The position numbers were made by a program, and so were the translations under genes. A stretch of 64,000 bases of DNA. Origin: a phage. The notes under the pieces are model-generated. The model saw only the letters and a list, made by a program, of their open reading frames with translations, did not search any database and was not told where the DNA came from. Each line of letters starts with the position of its first letter. Within the stretch, counting starts at the first letter, position 1. Below, one piece after another: positions 1-9,016 of the stretch. The stretch lies in assembly GCA_017864995.1 (NCBI GenBank), contig GCA_017864995.1_4097.1; one strand, given 5' to 3'.

Positions 1-35
1 AAAAAAAAAGCCAGTATCAAGTACTGGCATTCAAT

Positions 36-1202
36 TTATTGTAAAAAGGACATATCTACTTCTGTATAATTAAGAACGTTCTGTCCAGAAATACCACCCA
101 TTACTACTATTGCAAGGCCACAATAATATAATTTTCCAGTATCCGTAAGTATAAGTGATCCAGATGAACTGCGTACCAAATCACACGAACTATTAAAAGA
201 AGTATAAGAAGGAGTATAGGAGTACTGATTATTATTATTACCAACACCTAATTGCCCAAACCCATTCGATCCAGAAGCATATAGAACTTCATCTGCTTTG
301 ACAATATGTGATGCCATGTTACCAACACAAGTATATAGAGTATAAACTCCTGAACTCAATAATGTCGGAGTTTTATATTGTATATCTGTAGATGTAGAAG
401 TACCACCTGTACCAAATTCGTTCCCATATTGTGCACCGAACTGTTTACCACAAGCGTACAAATTATTATCCGATTTGATAAAAAATGTACTCTGATAACT
501 TACATTAAAATCTATAACATCCGAAGAAATCATCGTCACCCCAGTAATAGAAGTTTGATTACCCGTGCCCAACTGGTAGTAATAGTTAAAACCACAACCC
601 CATAAAGTATTATCTTCTCGCAAATAAATGTTACCAACTGCCTTTTTAACCGAAGTTATAGTATCTACTCTTTTGAATGTGTTAAAAGAATTAATGTTTG
701 TGCCATCACCAAATGATGATATGTTCGATATATTGTTAGTTCCACAACAATACAATGTACCATCGTTTGTTATCAAATTCACCTTCATATCATAAAAACT
801 ACTCATGTATTTTATATCAGAAACATTAATACCACTTGATGTTATCCACGTAGTACAGTCCGTCCACAAAGTTTTTCTATCAGTTACACCAGTGAATGCC
901 TTCGTGTTACCAGTGATAAAAACTTTTCCAGTACCTTTCTCTTCATACAATTGACAATCACTACTGTTATCTTCCAATAGAACTCGTTTAACATTCTCCG
1001 CACAAAGAATAAATTTACTCGATGTTACACCTGTACCAGTACCCCAATTCGCCGCAGAAGATGCATACAACTTATCAGTATAAGTATCATGAAGATACAT
1101 AGAATCACTGGAATATATTTTAAAACGCCCAGAGTTGGTAGGTGCTTCATTCCCATAATCAAACATTCTAACAAAAGGTAACATATTTCCTCCTTTATTC
1201 AT
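36..1202 (-). CDS. RCC1-like repeat (beta-propeller) protein
   Basis: 388-aa ORF, only convincing minus-strand gene; repeated LYACG/LWGCG/LYCCG/LYYCG and G-x-G-QLG-x-G units; alternative start M7 at 1184 preceded by AAAGGAGG. Confidence 0.6.
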   Translation of the reverse strand: MNKGGNMLPFVRMFDYGNEAPTNSGRFKIYSSDSMYLHDTYTDKLYASSAANWGTGTGVTSSKFILCAENVKRVLLEDNSSDCQLYEEKGTGKVFITGNTKAFTGVTDRKTLWTDCTTWITSSGINVSDIKYMSSFYDMKVNLITNDGTLYCCGTNNISNISSFGDGTNINSFNTFKRVDTITSVKKAVGNIYLREDNTLWGCGFNYYYQLGTGNQTSITGVTMISSDVIDFNVSYQSTFFIKSDNNLYACGKQFGAQYGNEFGTGGTSTSTDIQYKTPTLLSSGVYTLYTCVGNMASHIVKADEVLYASGSNGFGQLGVGNNNNQYSYTPSYTSFNSSCDLVRSSSGSLILTDTGKLYYCGLAIVVMGGISGQNVLNYTEVDMSFLQ

Positions 1203-1232
1203 TATATCATATTTACCCCATAAACAAAACCC

Positions 1233-1261
1233 TTGACATCCTTTCAGTACTGGTGTACTAT
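1233..1261 (+). promoter_or_regulatory. sigma70-like promoter for Fam1 array
   Basis: TTGACA-17nt-TACTAT, then AAGGAG RBS and ATG at 1287. Confidence 0.45.
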
Positions 1262-1286
1262 AGAAGGAATATAAGGAGAACTGTAC

Positions 1287-1514
1287 ATGACAACTACACT
1301 TAAGTACTACATTAATACTCTAAATGAACTAGAGTACGCGAAGTTTCTCGCGGATAGTTCGTGGCTAATTGAGCTAAAAACACATAACAGTACTGGATGT
1401 AACCTTATGCTGAACAATGCACTTGATACCCTTGTAGTGAGTATTTTACACAGCAACATCTGCGGGGATAGAAACAAACAATTATCAAAAATCTTAGTAC
1501 TGGTAGCTCTATGA
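1287..1514 (+). CDS. Fam1 small protein
   Basis: 75 aa; LKYYINTL N-term; first gene of tandem array. Confidence 0.5.
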   Translation: MTTTLKYYINTLNELEYAKFLADSSWLIELKTHNSTGCNLMLNNALDTLVVSILHSNICGDRNKQLSKILVLVAL

Positions 1515-1723
1515 ACACTATGAACATTGAACAGTACTACATTGATGCACTACCAACAAAAGGTCTACGAGAAAGCCTACTGTATACACAAAATAATTAT
1601 ATAAACCTCAAACATTGTCCTAAACTCTTGAACTCGTACAGGAATAATAAAATAAGAAATGCTGTACAAGGGGTAGAAAGTATGCAATACTATTACATCC
1701 TAACCCTTTTAATCGAACACTAA
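1511..1723 (+). CDS. Fam1 small protein
   Basis: MNTMNIEQYYIDAL; ATGA stop/start overlap with upstream gene. Confidence 0.55.
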   Translation: MNTMNIEQYYIDALPTKGLRESLLYTQNNYINLKHCPKLLNSYRNNKIRNAVQGVESMQYYYILTLLIEH

Positions 1724-1724
1724 T

Positions 1725-1910
1725 ATGTATAAAGAATTCTACTGTAGTAAGCTGCACAAACAATACAGAGATTCATTTCCCAATGAACCTATGGATATGA
1801 ATAGTCCCTTTTATAAATTTGACTTCAGACTGGAGACACGTTATGCAATAGAACATCAATTTCCTGAAACTAAGTACTTATCTATCATGAACCTCATCTT
1901 TAAGTTCTAA
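1725..1910 (+). CDS. Fam1 small protein
   Basis: MYKEFYCSKL; C-term MNLIFKF. Confidence 0.55.
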   Translation: MYKEFYCSKLHKQYRDSFPNEPMDMNSPFYKFDFRLETRYAIEHQFPETKYLSIMNLIFKF

Positions 1911-1921
1911 AAGAGTACTAT

Positions 1922-2134
1922 ATGAAAACAATGAACATACACCAGTACTACTTAGATATTCTCCCTAAAGATGTACAGTTCATCCTTAAACAAGAATACA
2001 GTACTTTAAAAAACCTTAAAAGAACCGCACCGAATGTATTAATCCTGCACCAAGAAAATGTAGTTGATAATATTCTACAAGGTGTACCAGGGACCGAGTA
2101 CTTTAACATAATCAGGCTAATTACATTACCATGA
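1922..2134 (+). CDS. Fam1 small protein
   Basis: MKTMNIHQYYLDIL; paralog of 1511. Confidence 0.55.
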   Translation: MKTMNIHQYYLDILPKDVQFILKQEYSTLKNLKRTAPNVLILHQENVVDNILQGVPGTEYFNIIRLITLP

Positions 2135-2316
2135 ATCATATATTATACTATTACCAAAATCTATCCGACAGGGACAAGTACACCCACAACTCCAATGTAT
2201 GGTACTACAAACGCGGTAGTATAAGAGACAAACAACATTACTTCTGTATTGCTATAAAAGAAGCACTAACAACTAAGTACACGTACAGAGCAGTACTGAA
2301 ACTTATTGATATGTAA
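2131..2316 (+). CDS. Fam1 small protein
   Basis: MNHILYYYQNL; C-term AVLKLIDM. Confidence 0.5.
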   Translation: MNHILYYYQNLSDRDKYTHNSNVWYYKRGSIRDKQHYFCIAIKEALTTKYTYRAVLKLIDM

Positions 2317-2326
2317 AGAGAATACT

Positions 2327-2509
2327 ATGAGCATTGAATTGTACTTAAGTAAATTACAGCCTGGCGATAGATTCATCTACAATAAGTTCGAATTCAACTA
2401 CAAGAACGGGAGCAACAAATATCGTCGAGGATACCTATATACAAGCACAAGAGATGCACAAAACGAAAAGTACACATACAGAGAAGTACTTAAACTAATC
2501 TCTATTTGA
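2327..2509 (+). CDS. Fam1 small protein
   Basis: start moved to internal Met MSIELYLSKL (track 2306); C-term EVLKLISI. Confidence 0.5.
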   Translation: MSIELYLSKLQPGDRFIYNKFEFNYKNGSNKYRRGYLYTSTRDAQNEKYTYREVLKLISI

Positions 2510-2517
2510 GGTAATAT

Positions 2518-2703
2518 ATGAATACATTTGAGTACTATACAAATAAACTATCTATGCCTGAAAGATCTCACCTCTATGTGTGGAGAAATGCGTATAAAAG
2601 CGGCAATAAACGTATACAAAGAAATTCCCTTACAGTGTGTACAAATTTAATTAAAGCAGAGTACCGCACATATATTGAAGTACTCAAACTGATAGCAATC
2701 TAA
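2518..2703 (+). CDS. Fam1 small protein
   Basis: MNTFEYYTNKL; C-term EVLKLIAI. Confidence 0.55.
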   Translation: MNTFEYYTNKLSMPERSHLYVWRNAYKSGNKRIQRNSLTVCTNLIKAEYRTYIEVLKLIAI

Positions 2704-2711
2704 GGTACTCT

Positions 2712-2891
2712 ATGCAAGAATTCTATATCTATAACCTCCAGCACAAAGATAGATACAACTATAATAAATTCCAAAGGTACTACACAGTCGGGAACAAAAG
2801 AGATAAAAAACGTTATCTACTCTCGTGTACAGTAGAAGCACAAAACGAAAAGTACACGTACAGAGAAGTACTTAAACTAATCTCAATCTAA
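2712..2891 (+). CDS. Fam1 small protein (59 aa, below track cutoff)
   Basis: hand-translated MQEFYIYNL...EVLKLISI; fills gap in array. Confidence 0.5.
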   Translation: MQEFYIYNLQHKDRYNYNKFQRYYTVGNKRDKKRYLLSCTVEAQNEKYTYREVLKLISI

Positions 2892-2898
2892 GGTAGAC

Positions 2899-3087
2899 AT
2901 GAACACTTTTGAGTACTACTTCAATAAACTAAACCACATAGAACAAAGTATGCACAACTCATTTATTCAGCACCATCAATCATCTGCACATGGAATTAAA
3001 AATATATCGATTGAGATTATCACTACCCGTGTACTGTCATCTGAACGTTATATGTATATTGATGTACTGAAACTCATCTCTATGTAA
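2899..3087 (+). CDS. Fam1 small protein
   Basis: MNTFEYYFNKL; C-term DVLKLISM. Confidence 0.55.
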   Translation: MNTFEYYFNKLNHIEQSMHNSFIQHHQSSAHGIKNISIEIITTRVLSSERYMYIDVLKLISM

Positions 3088-3095
3088 GGAATAAT

Positions 3096-3275
3096 ATGCA
3101 AGAATACTATATAGAACACATAAGCATTAAAGACCGTTTCATGTACGACACCTTCGTGAAGTACTACAACCTGGCAACTAACAGTACTAAAAATATTAAT
3201 CTCAATAGCTGCATTCATCACGCACTAACAAAAGATAATCCCTTCAGGGAAATCCTCGCACTAGCATCTGTATAA
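3096..3275 (+). CDS. Fam1 small protein (59 aa, below track cutoff)
   Basis: hand-translated MQEYYIEHISIKD...; fills gap in array. Confidence 0.5.
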   Translation: MQEYYIEHISIKDRFMYDTFVKYYNLATNSTKNINLNSCIHHALTKDNPFREILALASV

Positions 3276-3286
3276 AGGAAAACCAA

Positions 3287-3946
3287 ATGAAACTTAATGC
3301 ACACAGCAAACAATACCTTAAGCACTTTAAGTACCTCAACAGTATTCAAGCAGAATCTTTTACACCAGTATATACTTACGACCCGAATGTACTAAAGAAA
3401 CGAAATAAAAAGAAAAAATCCAGAAATGTTCTCGTATCTAAGAACCTCAAATCGTACTTGAAGAAAAATAATATAGCTCTTGCTTTTATTAATATCTATA
3501 ATACTGATTTAAAAGTATTGAGTACTAATACCAGCACAAAAGCACTAAAGAATGCATCTATCTATATACACATGGATAATATCCCGTGCACTATAATTCT
3601 ATCTTTCGGGAATGTATACTTCTTCGGGAATTGTAATAGCACCCATGATATCAGTACTGCACAATTCCAAATCGGAGATATGTACTGCATGGGTTCAGAA
3701 AAAATACACGATAACATGCACTTCTTCCAAAAGCAACGTACTAACGAAACTGATACAGTACTGCAATTCCTCAAAGAACTAGAACACAAAGAATTATCCG
3801 ACGAAGAAGAATTCATGTACAGTACTGTAATCGATAATCCAGGACTCTATAAAAACGCGTACAAACTAACAAAACATGTACAGGAACTTATCAGTACTGA
3901 TAAGAAATTTCATCACCTCATTACGTATATTACAAACTATGTATAA
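3287..3946 (+). CDS. hypothetical protein (219 aa) embedded in Fam1 array
   Basis: long ORF, RBS AAAGGA upstream; Lys-rich N-terminal region; no family motif. Confidence 0.5.
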   Translation: MKLNAHSKQYLKHFKYLNSIQAESFTPVYTYDPNVLKKRNKKKKSRNVLVSKNLKSYLKKNNIALAFINIYNTDLKVLSTNTSTKALKNASIYIHMDNIPCTIILSFGNVYFFGNCNSTHDISTAQFQIGDMYCMGSEKIHDNMHFFQKQRTNETDTVLQFLKELEHKELSDEEEFMYSTVIDNPGLYKNAYKLTKHVQELISTDKKFHHLITYITNYV

Positions 3947-4124
3947 AGAATACTACATAGATAAACTCCCAATGCATCTACAATACCTTGTACCAACAGA
4001 ACCATTGGGTATAGAAAAAGACTACGAAAAAGACTACTTCGTTAAGTGCACTAAATCCTCGATAGATATTGACGACTATAATCGAGTACTGTATCACATC
4101 ATTTTACTAATATATAAGTACTAA
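3939..4124 (+). CDS. Fam1 small protein
   Basis: start at internal Met MYKEYYIDKLPMHL (track 3876); ATGTATAA overlap with upstream stop. Confidence 0.55.
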   Translation: MYKEYYIDKLPMHLQYLVPTEPLGIEKDYEKDYFVKCTKSSIDIDDYNRVLYHIILLIYKY

Positions 4125-4125
4125 T

Positions 4126-4305
4126 ATGCACAAACATAAAGAATTCTACTTGTCGTACCTTAATTCCGATATAGTAACATCCAATACCTTCAGTACTAAA
4201 ATTATCTATAATGAATTAATGAAAGAATGTATTAAAGGTGCTATTAACCCTAAAGATACGTATGACTTGTACTATGCAGTACTAACCCTTGTTTTCACGA
4301 AATAA
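4126..4305 (+). CDS. Fam1 small protein (59 aa, below track cutoff)
   Basis: hand-translated MHKHKEFYLSYL... Confidence 0.5.
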   Translation: MHKHKEFYLSYLNSDIVTSNTFSTKIIYNELMKECIKGAINPKDTYDLYYAVLTLVFTK

Positions 4306-4313
4306 CACATAAT

Positions 4314-4502
4314 ATGAATAACCACAAAGAATACTACATAGAGAAACTCCCAATGTATCTCCAGAGCCAGATACCAAACGTTGCATTGGGCATAAAAGAT
4401 GACGCAAAAACAATGTTCCAAGAATGTACTAAGTACACCCTAATGTACGAGGATAGAACATATAAACTGTATTACATCCTCGCCCTAATATTCAAGTACT
4501 AA
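4314..4502 (+). CDS. Fam1 small protein
   Basis: MNNHKEYYIEKLPMYL; C-term YYILALIFKY. Confidence 0.55.
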   Translation: MNNHKEYYIEKLPMYLQSQIPNVALGIKDDAKTMFQECTKYTLMYEDRTYKLYYILALIFKY

Positions 4503-4512
4503 AGAGAACAAT

Positions 4513-4701
4513 ATGAATAACCACAAAGAATACTACACACAATTTCTCCCCAGTATTTTTGAACACTACGCCAGATATAAAGTCCCCCTGGATAACGATT
4601 TGGCAGTACTGGGATTCAATAATTGCATAGAACGCAGTATAGAAAATAGTAGTAGCTATGACCAATTATATAACACTATCCTACTTATATTCAGGTACTA
4701 A
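4513..4701 (+). CDS. Fam1 small protein
   Basis: MNNHKEYYTQFL; C-term ILLIFRY. Confidence 0.55.
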   Translation: MNNHKEYYTQFLPSIFEHYARYKVPLDNDLAVLGFNNCIERSIENSSSYDQLYNTILLIFRY

Positions 4702-4702
4702 T

Positions 4703-4891
4703 ATGCATAAAGAATACTACACAAAATATTTCCCAATGTACCTCAGTACTAATCTATTAGATAAACCTCGCGGTATCAATGCTCAAAACGATAAAGTGTA
4801 CTTTACTATGTGCACTAAAGCATGTATACTAGATTTTGATAGCTATCATCGAGTACTGTATCATACACTGTACCTAGCTTTCGTGTACTAA
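4703..4891 (+). CDS. Fam1 small protein
   Basis: start at internal Met MHKEYYTKYFPMYL (track 4658). Confidence 0.55.
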   Translation: MHKEYYTKYFPMYLSTNLLDKPRGINAQNDKVYFTMCTKACILDFDSYHRVLYHTLYLAFVY

Positions 4892-4901
4892 AGAGGCCAA
4901 T

Positions 4902-5108
4902 ATGAACGAACAGAAAGAATTTTACACCAAACACCTCAGTGCATCAGAACAAATGTTTCTAAGGAGTGTATCACCTTTACGTTTAGATACACCTCACGCC
5001 AGAGATTGCTTTAATAATTGTATACGTATTACTCTAGAAGCTTTAGAAAACAATAACAAAAATATTCAGTACTCAGGCGTAATGGGACTAATATTCTTCT
5101 ATGAATAA
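4902..5108 (+). CDS. Fam1 small protein
   Basis: MNEQKEFYTKHLSASEQMFL. Confidence 0.55.
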   Translation: MNEQKEFYTKHLSASEQMFLRSVSPLRLDTPHARDCFNNCIRITLEALENNNKNIQYSGVMGLIFFYE

Positions 5109-5289
5109 CAAAGAATTCTACTTAAACCATCTGGAACTAAACTCCCAAATGCTTATACCACTAAACCCAATAGATATCAAGGATAAGAAAAATACCAAAC
5201 AATTCCACTATCACACACTATGTGCTATCAACCCAGATTATAATACATATAAACTGTACTACATTCTCGCCCTAATATATAGGTACTAA
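5101..5289 (+). CDS. Fam1 small protein
   Basis: MNNKEFYLNHL; C-term ALIYRY. Confidence 0.55.
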   Translation: MNNKEFYLNHLELNSQMLIPLNPIDIKDKKNTKQFHYHTLCAINPDYNTYKLYYILALIYRY

Positions 5290-5290
5290 C

Positions 5291-5476
5291 ATGCATAGAG
5301 AATACTACACACAATTTGTTAAAGGGAACTACAAACACGCCGTCCCCGTAAACCCCTTAAATTCTAATGACCCAAGTACTATATTCTTGTTCCATGACGC
5401 AATACGTACAGTACTCAATACTAAAGATGAACAGGTGCAGTACGTATTCTTACTATTACTTATATACAGACACTAA
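5291..5476 (+). CDS. Fam1 small protein
   Basis: MHREYYTQFV; C-term LLLIYRH. Confidence 0.55.
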   Translation: MHREYYTQFVKGNYKHAVPVNPLNSNDPSTIFLFHDAIRTVLNTKDEQVQYVFLLLLIYRH

Positions 5477-5481
5477 CTAAT

Positions 5482-5691
5482 ATGAATAAAGAACATAAAG
5501 AATTCTACTCCAAACACCTCAGCCCCACAGAACAAATGTTTCTAAGGACTACAGCACCTTTAAGTACTGATACATATTTCGGCAGAGTATGCTACAATAA
5601 TTGTATTCAAATGACTTTAAACGCAAACGACAATAATAACAGTACTAATATGTACTCCGGCATCATAGGTATACTATTTCTATATGAATAA
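5482..5691 (+). CDS. Fam1 small protein
   Basis: MNKEHKEFYSKHLSPTEQMFL; close paralog of 4902. Confidence 0.55.
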   Translation: MNKEHKEFYSKHLSPTEQMFLRTTAPLSTDTYFGRVCYNNCIQMTLNANDNNNSTNMYSGIIGILFLYE

Positions 5692-5866
5692 AGAACATAA
5701 AGACTTCTACATAAGAAAACTAACATTCGTCCCCGTAAAAATATATAAAGAATGCGACCCAAGATTATACCTATGGCACTTCAATGAGTGCATAAAAGAT
5801 TCTATATACCCTAAGAACTATAAAGAACATTTGTTCTCAGTACTAACACTAGTACTATCATATTAA
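5684..5866 (+). CDS. Fam1 small protein
   Basis: MNKEHKDFYIRKL. Confidence 0.55.
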   Translation: MNKEHKDFYIRKLTFVPVKIYKECDPRLYLWHFNECIKDSIYPKNYKEHLFSVLTLVLSY

Positions 5867-5879
5867 TAGAGATAATACT

Positions 5880-6062
5880 ATGTATAAAGACTTCTATATA
5901 AGTAAACTCAAAGAGAATGAACAAGCATGGGTTAACAATTTAATCCCCCTGGCAATGACTCAATACGAATTTAATATGTGTACAAAGATTGTTTTAACTA
6001 CTAATGATATCTCTAATACGTACTACTTCCTATTAAGAGTACTATATGGTACTTTGAAATAA
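5880..6062 (+). CDS. Fam1 small protein
   Basis: MYKDFYISKLKENEQAWV. Confidence 0.55.
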   Translation: MYKDFYISKLKENEQAWVNNLIPLAMTQYEFNMCTKIVLTTNDISNTYYFLLRVLYGTLK

Positions 6063-6073
6063 TAAGGTATACT

Positions 6074-6280
6074 ATGCAGAACATAAAAAACTATAAAGAG
6101 TACTATATAAGTAAACTACCACCGACTGACCAAGCATGGATTAGATCTATAATAGTACTGGCATTTAATAGATATGCATTTAACAGATGTACCGAGATTG
6201 CTATAGACCCTTATAATATTAAAGAGAATGTACAGCATAATCAGTACTACTATATGTTAATGCTTATATATAGGAAGTAA
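6074..6280 (+). CDS. Fam1 small protein
   Basis: MQNIKNYKEYYISKLPPTDQAWI; last member. Confidence 0.55.
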   Translation: MQNIKNYKEYYISKLPPTDQAWIRSIIVLAFNRYAFNRCTEIAIDPYNIKENVQHNQYYYMLMLIYRK

Positions 6281-6289
6281 TTCAACATA

Positions 6290-8230
6290 TAGACAGGGGA
6301 AGCTCCGCAGGGAAAGCATTGGACAGGCTTTAACATATGTTATATATGTTAAAATTCAGCCTGGACAAATGCGATCACTAGGATTCTCCCCAGGCTAAAC
6401 CCCGTAATCATATGTAGTCATAAGTAATCATATATAAACATTTATATGAGCACCGTAGAATCACAGAATGATTATATATGATTCAGTACTGATTATTATA
6501 GACAAGATTACTCAAGAATGCTAGGGAAGGATTCAGTACTGCCCCAAAAGTATTCAGTACTGAAGGTGTCGATATGCCACTAAGTAGGCAGAGGAAGTCT
6601 GCCGTACTTTGTAGTTTCCAAGCTCCTTTTCCAATTTGCAAATTACATCAAATGTAATCAAAAGTAATCACGCAATGATTAGTACTGAATTATTACTTTC
6701 ACCTTAATTACAATTACCCTTTTACCCTTCGGGGTAAAATTCAATTACCCCTTGAGGCTCCAGCAAAAAGTTGGTTAGTACTCCATCCTAAATCTCGATC
6801 CTAAAAATTTTGGAGTACCTATGAAATAAAAGTTGGATCTTCGAAAGTTGAAATTTACGTTGGGACGTTTATGATTTGTGGGATATAATGATGTTTGTAG
6901 TCGGGTAGTTCTCAAGAATATCAGTACTGAAAGATGAAAGAAAGTTATTGACTTTATGATTCAGTACTGTATAATGTTCTACATAGGGTGATGAGTTGCT
7001 GCGAACAATTCATTTACTCTACCTCCTGTCGTGAGACAGTACAGAAAAGATAGTTCCTCCTGTGGTGGTGGTACATCTTTTTGAACCTCATATGAAAATC
7101 GTAATAACAGTACTGATATTAACAGAATGGTGTCAGTACTGATTTTAATCTAAAGCATTATGCCACCAGCTTGTGCTGGTGGATTCCCTCTAACAGTATT
7201 CAGTACTACATGATGGTCTTCATCCTCCTAGGGTAACATAGTGAGGGCTATGATGGCAGTACTGAATACTCCCTTTCAAAAGATAGATCTATGGTATAGT
7301 ACTGACGGATTTTGGGTGTAGTTACCCTGGATGGATTTTGGACGTAGATATGTCTAGCCCTCCAGAAGTCTGGAAGTAAAGATGGCTATCCATCTAGACG
7401 GCTAAACGGCTAGATTTCTGGATGGCTGGATGGCTAGACGTTTGGACGGCTAAACGGCTAGATGGTTACACGTCTGGAAGTATAGACGGCTAAATCAAAA
7501 TTTTATTTTGTTTTTTCCAATAGTTCCCCTACCGCGTGGGGATAGTTTCCCCGCAGTATCTGGTGTTAGATTTTTCTGAATCTGGAATCATTATCTTATA
7601 AACTGGGGGCAATGTCAACGACCTGGACGGATATTTTTAAAAATTTTTTCAGTACTGAATTTTGGGCGTAACTATGCACCCGGTGGGCTTGAGTCTTTCT
7701 CGACTTGATGGAACTATTATACAGTACTGAAAAAATAAAGCAATACCCTGGAAGCAAAAAAGTTTTAATTAATTTGCTTGCTATCCTGGGCCGGACTATG
7801 GTACTATATTTCAGTACTGAGAAAGTGCGTTTACCTGCTAGGGTGCGGGAGTGTATCCTTTTTTTATATCTTGAATTTTGGGCGTAATTCCGCACCCTCT
7901 GGGGTTTCCGCTTTCTCGCGTCTATGTAGTAATTATACGCTTTTTCAGGATCAAGTCAATACCTAAAAACAAAATAATTGAAAATAATTTAACGCGTTTA
8001 AACTGCCCGTAACGCCCTGGAATGATTGGAATGGTGCAAATGTATAGCTTAGGTGTACTAATGCGTTAGAATGCGTCTGAGGCCGTTTTACGGGGTATAG
8101 GGATGATTTAGTGGATTGATTCAGTACTGAATAATAGTACTACTATATAGAAAGATAGTTCCCCTGGATGGTTGCAGTACTGAATGATAGTTTCCCTATA
8201 TAGAAAGAAAACTATTTTAAAAGTATTTGT
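6290..8230. other. ~2 kb non-coding hub with dense palindromes and repeats
   Basis: no RBS-supported ORF; many CAGTACTG palindromes; hairpins incl. TTTTACCC-ttcg-GGGTAAAA at 6720-6739; track ORFs here rejected. Confidence 0.5.
7360..7500. repeat. iteron-like direct repeats (GGCTA core)
   Basis: about 8 copies of r-GA-y-GGCTA-r incl. ACGGCTAAACGGCTAGAT x2 and GTCTGGAAGTA-A/T-AGA-y-GGCTA x2. Confidence 0.5.
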
Positions 8231-8239
8231 AGAAAGTAC

Positions 8240-8267
8240 TTGCACCGTACTGATAAAAGCGTATAAT
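8240..8267 (+). promoter_or_regulatory. class I promoter (TTGCAC-16-TATAAT, then GTTTTACATC)
   Basis: near-consensus hexamers; same cassette recurs upstream of many genes. Confidence 0.6.
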
Positions 8268-8281
8268 GTTTTACATCGAGA

Positions 8282-8298
8282 GCGGGAACTCTTCCCGC
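8282..8298 (+). promoter_or_regulatory. 5'-UTR hairpin GCGGGAA-ctc-TTCCCGC
   Basis: perfect 7-bp inverted repeat ~15 nt after -10; no U-run; RBS follows. Confidence 0.5.
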
Positions 8299-8322
8299 TA
8301 CACTTTAAGAGAGATTAAAACG

Positions 8323-8685
8323 ATGGCAACTCAAATCACCAAAATTATTGCTAACCTGGTTAACTTCCGCGACGAGATGAAAGATCTTCCGGCGGTAACG
8401 GTTAAAACTCACATTGACGCATACCGCGAACTGATTAAAATGCTGCCGCTTAAGCGTGAACAATACGCCGCTACCGTGATGCTTGATGCGATGATCCATA
8501 AGATGATCTCCCATGATTTAACGATGGTTTATCAGTACATGGGCGAAAATTTCGCGGTGTGTAGTACGCCAGTACCAGGGATGGCAACAACTGAGGAATT
8601 GCACGGTTTAAATTTAAAACAAGATGCATGGGATAATATGCCTCGTTTCCTGGTATGGGCTGACAGTGGCAAAATTTACAAATAA
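8323..8685 (+). CDS. hypothetical protein (120 aa)
   Basis: start MATQITK after RBS TAAGAGAG (track start 8266 lies in hairpin). Confidence 0.6.
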   Translation: MATQITKIIANLVNFRDEMKDLPAVTVKTHIDAYRELIKMLPLKREQYAATVMLDAMIHKMISHDLTMVYQYMGENFAVCSTPVPGMATTEELHGLNLKQDAWDNMPRFLVWADSGKIYK

Positions 8686-8699
8686 GTTTAATAAAGTAC

Positions 8700-8727
8700 T
8701 TGCAAACTATGTTTAAAAGCGTATAAT
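8700..8727 (+). promoter_or_regulatory. class I promoter (TTGCAA-16-TATAAT)
   Basis: followed by hairpin GGGGAA-tag-TTCCCC at 8742-8756. Confidence 0.6.
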
Positions 8728-8779
8728 GTTTTACATCAGGTGGGGAATAGTTCCCCACTATAATTAAGAGATTAATTGT

Positions 8780-9013
8780 ATGAGTACTATTTTAACTGTT
8801 TCTCAATCCGTTGCACTGACTGACCTATTAAACGCTTTAAGCCGTTGCACTGAGGTTGGCTTGTTTGATGCGGTTGACGTTGCACCGGACGTTATTAATC
8901 ATTTTTGTGATGCGATGGAAGAATGTAAGGAAGATGATAGCCGTATGATGGCGGTCGCCTTTGAGGAAGTACAGCCAGGTGAGATCAAAGGTTTACCAGT
9001 ACTGAAAAAATAG
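8780..9013 (+). CDS. hypothetical protein (77 aa)
   Basis: MSTILTVSQ; RBS AAGAG; Cys/acidic-rich. Confidence 0.6.
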   Translation: MSTILTVSQSVALTDLLNALSRCTEVGLFDAVDVAPDVINHFCDAMEECKEDDSRMMAVAFEEVQPGEIKGLPVLKK

Positions 9014-9016
9014 TAC

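Noticed and set aside
378-605. 75-aa + strand ORF
   Set aside because: Lies entirely antisense within the RCC1-like gene (36-1202); no RBS or promoter.
7596-7966. Three overlapping ORFs (7596-7895 minus, 7705-7887 plus, 7778-7966 plus) in the non-coding hub
   Set aside because: Mutually overlapping, no RBS, and they span repeats and palindromes; better explained as non-coding sequence.
6290-8260. tRNA genes in the long non-coding region
   Set aside because: Could not find a GTTCRANYC T-loop or D-loop signature or a 7-bp acceptor stem enclosing ~62 nt; the 9-bp stem at 13581-13652 encloses sequence without tRNA features.
8266-8322. 5' extensions of track ORFs beginning MFYIE(S/R)G... (also at 13743, 23247, 24673)
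   Set aside because: The upstream Met is the ATG inside the conserved promoter box TATAATGTTTTACATC; the in-frame read-through crosses the 5' hairpin and the real RBS-supported start lies downstream.
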